Origin: Omnitrophica bacterium RIFCSPLOWO2_12_FULL_50_11
GTDB taxonomy: Bacteria; Omnitrophota; Omnitrophia; Omnitrophales; Danuiimicrobiaceae
Length of the DNA stretch: 64,000 nucleotides
NCBI GenBank assembly: GCA_001804315.1
Contig: MHFT01000024.1
Location: forward strand, 13,610 to 77,609
Direction: 5' to 3'
Made by a program: the position numbers and the translations under genes. Each line of letters begins with the position of its first letter. Position 1 is the first letter of the stretch. The notes under the pieces are model-generated. The model was not told where the DNA came from, searched no databases, and saw nothing but the letters and a program-made list of their open reading frames with translations. This document shows, in pieces, positions 48,024 to 58,152 of this stretch.

Positions 48024-49349
48024 ATGCCAATTCAGATCCTTGGTTATTTCATTCTCTTCATCGGGGTGGCGCTTGCCTTTGGCGCTTATCGCGCCGTTAC
48101 GACGGGTGAGATTGAAACGATCACCGCTGTCTTAATTCCCGCCATCCACTTTTCAGCGGGCCTTGGACTCACGTACCGCCGAGATGACAGCCGCTATCTT
48201 GCCTTTGTCCTCGCGTGTTTTTACATCCTTCTGGGGATTCTTAGTTTTCGGGGGGCGGTAAGCGCAATTCATTTTATTCCGATCGTTCCTTTAGTTGAGT
48301 TTATCCCGGATACATTTCTTAGGTGGAACGTTTCTGTCATGGCGGCGGTTTCTTTTTTTGTGTTGCCAGCGTTGGGCGCCGTCTTTCTCAACTTGAAGGT
48401 AGTTGCGGCGAACTTTGACGAGGAGCTCGAAGGACTTTTTTCTTGGAGCGCTCCCTTGCTCGTGGTGTTCGTGAGCGCTTTTCCGGTCATTTACAGTTTG
48501 CTTCTTTATGGTCGGCTCGATTTTTTTGTGGATCCGGAAGCGCGCGTTATTTTCGGGTACTCAATTTTAGGATGGGCAAGCGGCGTTTTCAGCGCTTTAG
48601 TGTTTTTGCTGCCCATTGCTTTGGCTTTTGGCTTGCGCGGCGGAGAGCGGTGGGCGTGGGTCGTTACTCTCGTGTATGGAGGTGCGTGGTGGTTTCCTTT
48701 TTTTAGGGATGGAATGCCGGCTTCGAGACTTCGTCATTTTGAGTTTCTTTTTTATGGAGCTGGGTGGACAGCTGTCGCGTTCGTCCTTCTCATCCATTGG
48801 CAGTATTTTTGGCAATACGATGCGTGGCGGGAGAAAAGGGTAGCCAAAGCGCACCGTTTGGGCAAGGTCATTTCTCAGCAAACGGAGGTTGAAACAACTT
48901 CCACATTGGTTGGAACATATGGCCCTGCGTCAGAACCTCCTCGTGACCAACCGGCGTGCGTTGGGCGCCGAAAGGTCAATAAGAAAATGATTTTCTTGGT
49001 CTTGACTTTAATTGTCATCGTGAGCGGAATTACTTTTGTCGCCGTGCGGCGCGCTGCGCCGTCACTTGTCCTGTGGTTCCGAGCGGCTTTTCAGAAGTCG
49101 ATGGAACTCACTGTGCCGAGGAACGTGCCGCCAACGGATGCGGAAACGGTCGAGAGCACCGGTCTTCAAATTCGTCTCGAAGGGACTTCGATTGATTCCA
49201 AGGGTGCTTATGCCTTGATCAACGGAGAAGTGGTTCAAATTGGCGCACGCGTTGGGGACTATCGCGTGGAAGCAATCGAACGGCACCGAGTTCTTCTCTC
49301 CAAAAATGGTAATTCCCAGTGGCTCGATAAGGAGGGCAATTTCTCATGA
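48024..49349 (+). CDS. Multi-TM protein with a C-terminal GspB/GspC-like periplasmic domain
   Basis: About 8 TM segments; LEGTSI...AYALINGEVVQIGARVGDYRVEAIE...VLL. Confidence 0.6.
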   Translation: MPIQILGYFILFIGVALAFGAYRAVTTGEIETITAVLIPAIHFSAGLGLTYRRDDSRYLAFVLACFYILLGILSFRGAVSAIHFIPIVPLVEFIPDTFLRWNVSVMAAVSFFVLPALGAVFLNLKVVAANFDEELEGLFSWSAPLLVVFVSAFPVIYSLLLYGRLDFFVDPEARVIFGYSILGWASGVFSALVFLLPIALAFGLRGGERWAWVVTLVYGGAWWFPFFRDGMPASRLRHFEFLFYGAGWTAVAFVLLIHWQYFWQYDAWREKRVAKAHRLGKVISQQTEVETTSTLVGTYGPASEPPRDQPACVGRRKVNKKMIFLVLTLIVIVSGITFVAVRRAAPSLVLWFRAAFQKSMELTVPRNVPPTDAETVESTGLQIRLEGTSIDSKGAYALINGEVVQIGARVGDYRVEAIERHRVLLSKNGNSQWLDKEGNFS

Positions 49350-49401
49350 GCCATTGTAGCTGCCGGTCGTAGCGGTTTTGGATTTTTCGATTTGCGCGAT
49401 T

Positions 49402-50490
49402 TCATTCAACATAAATTGGATTAGAAGCAATCCAAAGTTGATTTTTCCGGTAAACTTCTACTCTCCAGACTCCCTTTTCTGGTGACGAATAATTCAGTGC
49501 TACACCGCGCGTTTGCTTGATGACCGCGCCGTCTCGCATCAGCCGAATGTCCGCATCTAATGGAACGGCGACCGTGAAAACAATCGCGGCTTGCGACGAC
49601 ACGGTTGATCCGGGCCCGTATGATTTGCCTTCTCTTTGAGCTAGGAACGAAAAGGATTGCGCCACACCGCGACTTTCATGGGCGATGAAACTTTGTCCGC
49701 GGGCAAGCGAGTCGATCACGCTGTCTTCGTTTAAATGTTCTGCACGAACGTACATGGTGACTGCTTGGAAGTAGAGCAAATAATTTTCGAGCGCAAAGCC
49801 AGCCCATTCCCATCGAAGATGCGCGTCTGGTGATGCAAAGGCGCTCAAGCGTTTGGAACGAAGCTCGCCGTCCCAAAGCCGGAGCGCTGATCGAGGCGTT
49901 TCAATCACCGAGTTGAGAAATTGTTTCGGAGGGAAAAACGCAGCCTTTACGGTTAACTCTTTAATATCCTCCGTGTAGTAAACATCAGGGAAGCTAAAAA
50001 TTTCGATCCCCTCGATTTTTTCCACATCCCATCGCGCCCAAGGTTTTCTGACGGATAAAGGATGTGCGACAATCGGATAGCCGTGCTTCTTCCGAATCCA
50101 GTCGGTCGTTTCGTGAGCGTCCCACAGGTTAGGCGGCTCCTCTTTTACTCCTAATGCAATGACGTGTCCAGCGTCGGTTGAAATTTCACTTGCGAAGATG
50201 AGTAGTGGCAGCTTCGGCGGATTCATTTTCCGGTATGCTTCTCGGCCCTTCATCGTGTTGTGATCGGTGACGACGACAAAGTCAAGGCCTGCTTTTTGGG
50301 CCGTGCGAATAATTCGATGAAGGGAAGCTTTGGAATCGTGTGAGAATTCACTGTGGACGTGGAAGACACCTCGAAAGAGATTTGGATCGGACGAACGCGG
50401 CACCGAAAAAGCGGGCAGGCGCACCACAAAAGCACAACCGGAACAAACCAAAAGACCAACCGCTGCGAACCAGTAGAACCTGTTTTTCAT
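49402..50490 (-). CDS. Exported PHP-domain (CehA/McbA-like) metallohydrolase
   Basis: HVHSEFSHD, TDHN, VAHP, DAH and SNPIY. Confidence 0.8.
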   Translation of the reverse strand: MKNRFYWFAAVGLLVCSGCAFVVRLPAFSVPRSSDPNLFRGVFHVHSEFSHDSKASLHRIIRTAQKAGLDFVVVTDHNTMKGREAYRKMNPPKLPLLIFASEISTDAGHVIALGVKEEPPNLWDAHETTDWIRKKHGYPIVAHPLSVRKPWARWDVEKIEGIEIFSFPDVYYTEDIKELTVKAAFFPPKQFLNSVIETPRSALRLWDGELRSKRLSAFASPDAHLRWEWAGFALENYLLYFQAVTMYVRAEHLNEDSVIDSLARGQSFIAHESRGVAQSFSFLAQREGKSYGPGSTVSSQAAIVFTVAVPLDADIRLMRDGAVIKQTRGVALNYSSPEKGVWRVEVYRKNQLWIASNPIYVE

Positions 50491-50985
50491 TCTTTTGCTG
50501 ACAAAGTTGTCCCTATTCTATTGGTTCGTTCTAGAAGTGCAAGGTTACTTTGGGGGTTGGGAAACTCCCCGAAGGATCAGATCCTTCAGTCGCCCTACGG
50601 GCTCCTTCAGGATGAGCAGCCGGGTGTACCTCGCAACTCCCCGACGGCTCAGTTATTTTGATCATGTTGGTCGGACTTCCTCTAAGCCTTGCTAAAGTTG
50701 ATATTTACGGGCCCGCCTTGAACTCCCTCTTATTGGCAGGTACACTTAGTTGAGTGGTCGGGGTCTTTCCCCCCGACCACTCATCCTGAGCGAAGGCCCG
50801 CATTTGGGGCCGGAGCGAAGGATCTCATTGATGAGGTGAATGAGATCCTTCAGTCGCCCTACGGGCTCCTTCAGGATGAGCCGTCGGGTGTGCTCGAAAC
50901 TCCCCGACGGCTCACTTAGTTCACAGAGGAGCGTGGCCAGTGTTAGCTCCGTGCCTTCCGCACCTCAAATGAAAACAGACTGGAG

Positions 50986-53310
50986 GTGAAATACTCACTT
51001 CCGAGAAGAAGGATCTCCTCCAACTTCTCTCAGGTTGTGGCTATGTGTCCAAACACTAGGAATGGGGCGAATGATGGTTCCCCGATTCAAGTATTGCTGA
51101 TCGAAGATAATCCCCAACATGCCTGCCTCGTTGAAGCCATGCTCGCCCCAAATGGGAGAGATTCCGCGTTTGCGCTCAAATGCGAACGACGTCTTCGCGA
51201 AAGCCTCGAACATCTTGCCAAAGGAAACACAGACCTGATTCTCCTCGATCTCACTCTTCCTGACAGCAACGGCCTCGATACTTTTCTTAAACTGCAGTCT
51301 GAGGTTCCGGAGATACCGATTGTCGTTCTCACCGGTCATGATGATGAAGAAATGGCACTCGAAGCGGTTCGACAAGGGGCACAAGATTATCTCGTAAAGG
51401 GGCAAGTCGATGGAAAAGTTTTGTCGCACGTGATGCGTTATGCGATTGAGCGGAAGCGAGCAGAAGAACAGCTGCGTCAGAGCGAGCAGCGGCTGCAAAA
51501 GCACAACAAGGTATTGGTGGAACTTGCAAAGAGCAGGAATTTGGCTACCGGTAGTTTGAATCTGGCGCTTCGAGAAATCACGAAAGCAGCAGCCCAAACG
51601 CTTGACGTAGAGCGCGTTGTGGTTTGGCTTTACGATCAGGATCACAAGTCGCTTCGTTGTGCCAATCTGTATGAAAAAAGCGCTGATGCTCATTCGGAAG
51701 GAAGGCGGCTCGAAGTAACAAAATATCCGAACTATTTTCAAGCGCTAGAACAGGGTCGTTTCATCGCTGTAGATGATATTCAGACAGATGAACGGACAAA
51801 AGAATTTGTAGAAAGCGAAGCTTCTGAAAACGGCGTGCGCGCTCTGCTCGATGCCCCCATTCGCTTGGGGGGGCAGACGGTCGGGATCATCGGTCATCGG
51901 CATGTGGATGGCCCTCGAGCGTGGACGTCTGAGGAACAAAACTTCGCTGCTTCCATGGCGGACTTGGTTTCCCTTGCTATGGAGGCAAGTGAGCGCAAAC
52001 GGGCGGAGGAACGTTTGAGCCGTTTGGCTTATTATGATTCGCTGACCGGTTTACCCAACCGGACGCTCTTCATGGATCGTTTGAACCGCGCGATGATGAC
52101 AGCCCGTCAGAAACAATTGCTCCTCGCGGTCCTGTTTCTTGGCTTGGATCATTTCAAGCGCATCAATGACACCTTGGGGCATTCTGGAGGCGACGATTTG
52201 TTGAAAGCCGTAGGAGACCGGTTAACGAGTGCGCTTCGGTACACGACGGATACAGTGAGTCGGATCGGCGGAGACTTGTTTGTCGTTTTGTTAAGCGGTA
52301 TTTTGAAAACGGAAAATGCGATCAAAGTGACGGAGCGAATTACGCACGCGTTCAAAAAACCTTTTTTGGTCGGCTCGAACGAATTTTTCTTAAGCTTTAG
52401 TATCGGTATCAGTTTTTATCCGACCGATGGCCGGGATGCAACAACGCTGCTCAAGAATGCAGATACGTCCATGTTTCGGGCCAAGCAGCAGGGAAGAAAT
52501 AATTACCAGCTGTATTCGCCGTCCATGAACGCCACGGCGCTGGAACGCCTGGTTCTCGAAAACAGTTTGCGTCATGCCATAGAGCGCGATGAGTTTCGTA
52601 TCCATTATCAACCGATCGTACATCTTGCGAGCGGCGCGATTACAGCTGTAGAAGCGCTGCTCCGGTGGGAGCATCCGAACCTAGGTTTAATTGCGCCTGC
52701 GGAATTTATTCCATTGGCGGAGGAAACCGGTTTGATCGTGCCCATTGGCGAGTGGGTGTTAGATACCGCTTGCGTCCAGAACAAAGCATGGCAATCTGCC
52801 GGGTATGAGCCAATCAAGGTTTCGGTCAATTTGTCCGCCCGGCAGTTTCAACAGCCGGGTCTTGTGGAGACGGTCCAAAACGCACTCCAGAAAGCACGAT
52901 TGGATCCTAAATATTTGGAGCTCGAATTAACGGAGAGCTTGATTATGCAAAATGCAGAAACGACGGTTGAAATCCTGCGCCAGTTGAGCGATATGGGGGT
53001 GACGCTTTCCATCGATGATTTCGGGACTGGATACTCTTCGCTCAATTACCTGAAACGTTTTCCGATTCACAGGCTCAAGATCGATCGGTCTTTCGTTCAT
53101 GATTTGGTTACGGATCCCGATGACGCAGCCATTGTGAAAGCCATTATCTCGATGGCTCACAGCTTAAAACTTGATGTGGTAGCTGAGAGCGTGGAAACGC
53201 AGGAACAACTTGAGTTTTTACGCCAAAACGGCTGCGACAAAATGCAGGGTTTTATCTTCAGCCGGCCGGTTCCCTCCGAAGTGCTTACTCAATTACTTTC
53301 CCGAAAGTAA
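50986..53310 (+). CDS. REC-GAF-GGDEF(degenerate)-EAL c-di-GMP signalling protein; start may be ATG 51043
   Basis: LLIED...LLDL receiver; GAF; RIGGDLF; EALLRW and DDFGTGYSSL. Confidence 0.92.
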   Translation: MKYSLPRRRISSNFSQVVAMCPNTRNGANDGSPIQVLLIEDNPQHACLVEAMLAPNGRDSAFALKCERRLRESLEHLAKGNTDLILLDLTLPDSNGLDTFLKLQSEVPEIPIVVLTGHDDEEMALEAVRQGAQDYLVKGQVDGKVLSHVMRYAIERKRAEEQLRQSEQRLQKHNKVLVELAKSRNLATGSLNLALREITKAAAQTLDVERVVVWLYDQDHKSLRCANLYEKSADAHSEGRRLEVTKYPNYFQALEQGRFIAVDDIQTDERTKEFVESEASENGVRALLDAPIRLGGQTVGIIGHRHVDGPRAWTSEEQNFAASMADLVSLAMEASERKRAEERLSRLAYYDSLTGLPNRTLFMDRLNRAMMTARQKQLLLAVLFLGLDHFKRINDTLGHSGGDDLLKAVGDRLTSALRYTTDTVSRIGGDLFVVLLSGILKTENAIKVTERITHAFKKPFLVGSNEFFLSFSIGISFYPTDGRDATTLLKNADTSMFRAKQQGRNNYQLYSPSMNATALERLVLENSLRHAIERDEFRIHYQPIVHLASGAITAVEALLRWEHPNLGLIAPAEFIPLAEETGLIVPIGEWVLDTACVQNKAWQSAGYEPIKVSVNLSARQFQQPGLVETVQNALQKARLDPKYLELELTESLIMQNAETTVEILRQLSDMGVTLSIDDFGTGYSSLNYLKRFPIHRLKIDRSFVHDLVTDPDDAAIVKAIISMAHSLKLDVVAESVETQEQLEFLRQNGCDKMQGFIFSRPVPSEVLTQLLSRK

Positions 53311-53338
53311 ATAAAAGGGGACAGTCCCCTTTTATCTT

Positions 53339-53863
53339 TTATGCTGCGATGGCGATCGTTCCACAACCGGTTCGAGCTCCCGCATTGCCTGTTGGCTGGC
53401 CAAAATCATCTTCCTTTTCGTGAACAATGACGGTTCTGCCCGCCACCGAGTACTGTCCTTTGGAAACGGACAGTCCGGGAATGAGTGTTTCAAGTTTTCC
53501 AGTGCCGTCGCTTTTAATATCGATGTTGCCGAGGTCGCCCGCATGCGCGTTTTCGAAGCCATCCGTCGCGAGGTGTCCATGTGGAACGCTATGTGGATTA
53601 TAATGCCCGCCAGCCGCTTTTGCTTCGTTTTCACAGGAACCGTATTCGTGGATGTGGAAACCGTGTTTGCCGGGAGGAACATTTGTCAAGTCGGCCGTAA
53701 TTTTGAGCGCATCTTCAGTTTCTTCGAATGTCACTTCTCCAGATACGAGCGAGCCGTCTGCAGTTCCTCGAATGGCTGCTACCGCGCGCTCAGCCCTGAC
53801 TTGAGAATTGGCGAGAAAAATACCAAATGTGATGAGAAGACCCACGCGAATTATTTTCCTCAT
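53339..53863 (-). CDS. sodC: Cu/Zn superoxide dismutase
   Basis: HGFHIHE, GGHYNP, HAGDLGN and GNAGARTGCG; signal peptide. Confidence 0.93.
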   Translation of the reverse strand: MRKIIRVGLLITFGIFLANSQVRAERAVAAIRGTADGSLVSGEVTFEETEDALKITADLTNVPPGKHGFHIHEYGSCENEAKAAGGHYNPHSVPHGHLATDGFENAHAGDLGNIDIKSDGTGKLETLIPGLSVSKGQYSVAGRTVIVHEKEDDFGQPTGNAGARTGCGTIAIAA

Positions 53864-54090
53864 TTTGGACCTCCGTTTGTGGCAAGAAGCATTGTACTCA
53901 ACTTGACCGCTTTCGACCTAAAGCGTCATCCCCTCTCCCTTTATTAAAGGGAGAGGGAAAGGGTGAGGGTTTGAAAACAAGGGAACGATCGAACCCCCTC
54001 ATCCTTTCCTTCTCCCCCTTAAAAAAGAAAGGGGGAGAAGGGATCGTGCGGTAGTTCAAAAAACGGTCGGGTTGTGCATTGTACTACATT

Positions 54091-55497
54091 TTATGCGGTG
54101 AGTCTTGTCCCTTTCCGGGTGAGCCAACGAAAGTCTTCGTCTTCCTTCAAAGCCTCGTCGTAATGAATCGACCCATTTCCGGTGATGTCGATCTCCCGGC
54201 CTACCACGAATCCATAAAGATCGCTGTTTCCGGTGTAGTCAACGTCAGCATTGGGAGCGAAAACAGCTGCGTATAGAACAGCGTTTCCACTGAGCCTGCA
54301 ATTGTCGTTGCTCGCTAAGGCGCCCGTCATAAAGATCTTCAAATTGTTAGGGGTCATGGATTGGTTGACGATGCCGTTGCCGGATAAGTCAAAGTCGTCA
54401 TCGATGTAGATCTCGGTAGCGCTGGTTAAAAGTAAAGTGGCATTTCCTGTAACGCTGAAGTCCCTGTTGATGTGAAAAGAAGCGGGACCAGACACGGTGA
54501 CGTGAGCATTACCTGAAATTCCGAAATCTTTGAAGTGATATGTGCCGGAGGGGACCGTAATGGTGTTGTTTCCGGACAGCGCAAACGAATCGCCCTGGTA
54601 AGCTACATTTCCTTGATCTGAAAGGGGGATCAGATGGTTATCGTTGGGCACGGGTGGAGCATAAACCGCCGCCTGGTAGTCATCTAAGTCGACTCCGTTG
54701 CCATCGGGGCCGGACGATCCGCTCACGGAGGCATTGCCAGTCGTTTTGAGAGAAAATCCATCCCCGTAAAGGGCATTGCCGTTAACCCGGGCATTCCCAG
54801 TCAATCTAATCCCGTAAGAACTACCACTTGGACCTAACGTATTGGAGGTATCGAGATTCCCATTGACCGTTGCGTTACCAGACATTTCGATTTGTCCGTT
54901 GCTGCAGATACCGCCGCTCGCACCGGCCGTGGCCGCGTCATAGGGACCATCGTCAGAATTGAAACTGTCGGTGTGTCCGTTGCCGCTCATCTCAACCTCT
55001 TTAATCCCAATGAGGGGTCCACAAGGGCCGGGCAGTTTGACCAGAGCAGTAGCCATAGCGGTTATGTTCGCCGTATCAACGCCGATGAACGGGGCAAAAA
55101 AGAGTTCTAACGGGTTGTCATTTTCTTCGCTTCTATGTACGGTGACTCTTACCGCGTTGGCAGTTAGCGGAGTCCCGGTTGGCGTAAAAGTTTTGTTCAG
55201 ATCGTCCCAAACTCCGATCTCTATATTCGCGTCTTGGAGAATTGTTCCGCCATCGGGATAATTGAGTTGAGCAAATTCTTGTGCTGCTGTGATCACCTCA
55301 TCTTGCGACGGGAGTTCAAGCACAGCGGCTGACGCAGAAGCGTCTGCTGTAGCTTGCAATTTGGATCTAACTAAGAAGATGTAACCCATGTCAACGGCGA
55401 GAGCCGTCAAGCCAAGAAGCGGAATCAAAAGCAGACCTGCCAGGACAGTTACTGTCCCGCGGCAATGTTTCTTCGTTCTCGTAATGTGCTTTTTCAT
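54091..55497 (-). CDS. TadG-like pilus-associated protein with a beta-helical (SGN-repeat) C-terminus
   Basis: RGTVTVL...ALAVDMGY...LQATADASA Tad motif; LFFAPFIG; many xSGN/xTGN repeats. Confidence 0.8.
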   Translation of the reverse strand: MKKHITRTKKHCRGTVTVLAGLLLIPLLGLTALAVDMGYIFLVRSKLQATADASASAAVLELPSQDEVITAAQEFAQLNYPDGGTILQDANIEIGVWDDLNKTFTPTGTPLTANAVRVTVHRSEENDNPLELFFAPFIGVDTANITAMATALVKLPGPCGPLIGIKEVEMSGNGHTDSFNSDDGPYDAATAGASGGICSNGQIEMSGNATVNGNLDTSNTLGPSGSSYGIRLTGNARVNGNALYGDGFSLKTTGNASVSGSSGPDGNGVDLDDYQAAVYAPPVPNDNHLIPLSDQGNVAYQGDSFALSGNNTITVPSGTYHFKDFGISGNAHVTVSGPASFHINRDFSVTGNATLLLTSATEIYIDDDFDLSGNGIVNQSMTPNNLKIFMTGALASNDNCRLSGNAVLYAAVFAPNADVDYTGNSDLYGFVVGREIDITGNGSIHYDEALKEDEDFRWLTRKGTRLTA

Positions 55498-55797
55498 ATC
55501 AGCTACCTAAGGGGGGACAGGTCGTTGACCTGTCCCCCTGCTCAACGTCATGCGTTACAGCCAATTTTCGGAGCGCTCGGAAAATTGTGTTATTTCGATA
55601 CACACTCAAAACATCGTAAGAGTAAGTCTTATCACAACTTAAGTTGTGTACGTGTTTAGCGTCCTAACCCGCATTTCTCATCGCCAATGAGAAATGCCCT
55701 CGCAATGACGGCTGCATGAAGTGGTATGTACCCGACAGGTCGTTGACCTGTCCCCCTCCACATCAGCACGACAGCCTTAAAATGAAATCGGGTCCTC

Positions 55798-56208
55798 TCA
55801 AACGAACAAGTACGCACGCAAGTACTTCAAGAGAGAGTTCTCGTCACCGTTTGAAGATTCCGAGGCGCCCTGAATGAACAGGGCGTCTCCGATCCTGGTA
55901 CTGCTCCATCTGATCGCGCCGACCGGAAGCTCAAGGACCGAGTTGCTCGTCAAGACAATGTGCCCAATAGAATTGGGAGGAAGTGGTTCTATGAGCTTCA
56001 GCACTTTTCCATCTCGGTCCAAATAAATCACATCAAGCGGATAGCGCATTCCGATCGTATGGATTCCCTTGCAGTAAGGGATGAGCAGTCCCTCACGTTC
56101 TCCAAGCGGCGGCGATCCAATGAGGCCGCGCAGCCGTTCGGAGAGGTTTCGCGCGATCTTCAGTCGCTCGACGACGATCGAATTTCTTGTTGTATTCAGT
56201 ACCGTCAT
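55798..56208 (-). CDS. DUF192-domain protein
   Basis: RLRGLIG, IHTIGMRYPLDVIYLD and VLELPVG. Confidence 0.85.
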   Translation of the reverse strand: MTVLNTTRNSIVVERLKIARNLSERLRGLIGSPPLGEREGLLIPYCKGIHTIGMRYPLDVIYLDRDGKVLKLIEPLPPNSIGHIVLTSNSVLELPVGAIRWSSTRIGDALFIQGASESSNGDENSLLKYLRAYLFV

Positions 56209-56224
56209 AGCCAGCCCTAGTCGT

Positions 56225-57118
56225 TTATATTGGCATCGCCAAGAGTCTCCATATATGAACGAGGCTTGGCGCTAAAATGAGAATTAAGAGCACTGGAAAA
56301 ATAAAAAAGAGCAATGGAAAGATTAACTTCACAGGTGCTTTTGAAATTCGTGACTGAATCTCCTGCTTTCTCTTTTTGCGGAGTGTTGTCGCATAACCAC
56401 GGAGTGTTTTAACAAGACTGCTCCCGAGACGGTTTGATTGAAGGACCGCTCGCACGAAACTTTCCACCTCTTGGATACCACAGCGCTTTGCGAGTCCCCG
56501 AAGCGCCTCCTCTCTTGGTTTTCCCACGAGAATTTCATGGTTTGTGTACAAGAACTCGCGGCTGATGTGTGTCGACAACCGGCGCTGCTCCTCACCGATT
56601 CGAAGAAGAGCACTGTCGAAAGAAAGTCCTGCTTCAAGCGCAATGACAAACAAGTCCAGCGTATCAGGCAGATACCGCTTAATTTCCTTTCGGTGTTTGG
56701 AAATAGCCCGCATTAACCAGATTTGGGGAATAATAACAAAACCAATGCCGATAACAGTAGAAGCGATCATTGCCGTTTGAAACGTTACATGGAGAAAAAG
56801 ATACATGACGACCAAGGCGACCAAAGGGGTGACGTAACAGATTCTCCGAAGCAAAAGTGATTTTTCAAGGTCTGATCGCCTTTTGTAGCCTGCCAGGAGA
56901 AGGTTTGCTCTGAGCCGCTTGACGGAGGGAGCTTCGTCGGAGCGCTCAGAAACCAAAAGCGTTTGCGCGTCCGTTTTTTTAACCCCCTCGACGGGTATCA
57001 GTTTGCTGAGGCGTTTGGAAACAGGGCTTTCTTCCTTGAAGAAAAACTCTCTGACCGAAAGGGCTGTAAAAAATGCAGTCCAGAATGTATAGACGAACAC
57101 CAGCGCAGCACTGCCCAT
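56225..57118 (-). CDS. tadC: Tad pilus inner-membrane protein TadC
   Basis: LPDTLDLFVIALEAGL and KAPVKLIFPL. Confidence 0.88.
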   Translation of the reverse strand: MGSAALVFVYTFWTAFFTALSVREFFFKEESPVSKRLSKLIPVEGVKKTDAQTLLVSERSDEAPSVKRLRANLLLAGYKRRSDLEKSLLLRRICYVTPLVALVVMYLFLHVTFQTAMIASTVIGIGFVIIPQIWLMRAISKHRKEIKRYLPDTLDLFVIALEAGLSFDSALLRIGEEQRRLSTHISREFLYTNHEILVGKPREEALRGLAKRCGIQEVESFVRAVLQSNRLGSSLVKTLRGYATTLRKKRKQEIQSRISKAPVKLIFPLLFFIFPVLLILILAPSLVHIWRLLAMPI

Positions 57119-57195
57119 GAAGCATCCTCCTTACTTACCCCACACCTTTTTCCTCCCCCCGCTCTGCGGGGGGAGGTTAGGAGGGGGGGGGTTCC

Positions 57196-58152
57196 TCATA
57201 ACTCAATGTGGACGATTTTTTGGATCGTCAAGATTCCTAAAACATAACCGATGACAGAAGCCTCTAAAAGTTTCCTGCCAAGGTTATCTTTGAAAAAGAA
57301 AAGGACGTAGTCAGGTTGAATCATAAACACAAGTGCGGCTACGAAAATCGGCAAAAGGCCTAGAATAAGACCAGAAAACCTCGCCTGCGCTGTAGCAGCG
57401 CTGAGCTCCCGTCTCATTTCCTGCCGGTCTCGTATCATGCCCTCAAGATTGTCCAAAAGTTCTGCGAGGTTACCGCCCGTCTCACGTTGAAGGACCACTG
57501 CCGAGATGAACAACCTCAGTTCCGGCGTATCCACATGACTCAAAATTCCTTTTAGCGCACCTTCGAAGTTTTGCCCAACTTCAATGGAGGATAAGACCTT
57601 TTCAAACTCAACGGAAAGGATGTCGCGACCTTCACCTATGACGGTTTGGATCGCCATTTGCAGACTATGTCCTGCTCTTAAGGAGCTGGCCATGAGATCG
57701 ATTGCGTCAGGAAATCGATCCGAAAACTTTTTCCTTCTCCGATTCCGCTTCCAGATGACGACCAAGGAGGGCAAGACGCCGGCGGCCAGAGCGGAGGGAG
57801 CGGCGAACCCAACGTGGACACCTAGAGCCACGATAAAGAGAAAAGTAAGGAGACCGAGGAGCGTTGAGAAGAGAATAAAACTTCCGATGAAAATTGAAAG
57901 GCCCGCCTGGCTCAGGCAATCTTGAAGTCTCTTTAGCGGAGCAATTCGTTTCAGAAATTGGTCGAGGAAAGGGAGGTCGATCAGCCGCCTTTTCCTCTCA
58001 ATTTGAAGGGGCGTCAGGGTGACGTCGCCGGCTTTCACCCGGTCGATCAGCTTTGCTCGTACCTCCTTTTCCTCAGCGCGGATCAGCTTTGAAACGCTTA
58101 GGGCGAGAAAGAAAATAAATAGGAAGGAAAAAATGCTTGCGGCAAGAATCAT
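57196..58152 (-). CDS. tadB: Tad pilus inner-membrane protein TadB
   Basis: FPDAIDLMASSLRAGHS and QRETGGNLAELL. Confidence 0.9.
   Translation of the reverse strand: MILAASIFSFLFIFFLALSVSKLIRAEEKEVRAKLIDRVKAGDVTLTPLQIERKRRLIDLPFLDQFLKRIAPLKRLQDCLSQAGLSIFIGSFILFSTLLGLLTFLFIVALGVHVGFAAPSALAAGVLPSLVVIWKRNRRRKKFSDRFPDAIDLMASSLRAGHSLQMAIQTVIGEGRDILSVEFEKVLSSIEVGQNFEGALKGILSHVDTPELRLFISAVVLQRETGGNLAELLDNLEGMIRDRQEMRRELSAATAQARFSGLILGLLPIFVAALVFMIQPDYVLFFFKDNLGRKLLEASVIGYVLGILTIQKIVHIEL

Noticed and set aside
50495-50930. Short ORFs and a possible structured ncRNA
   Set aside because: Explained by two copies of the composite family A repeat
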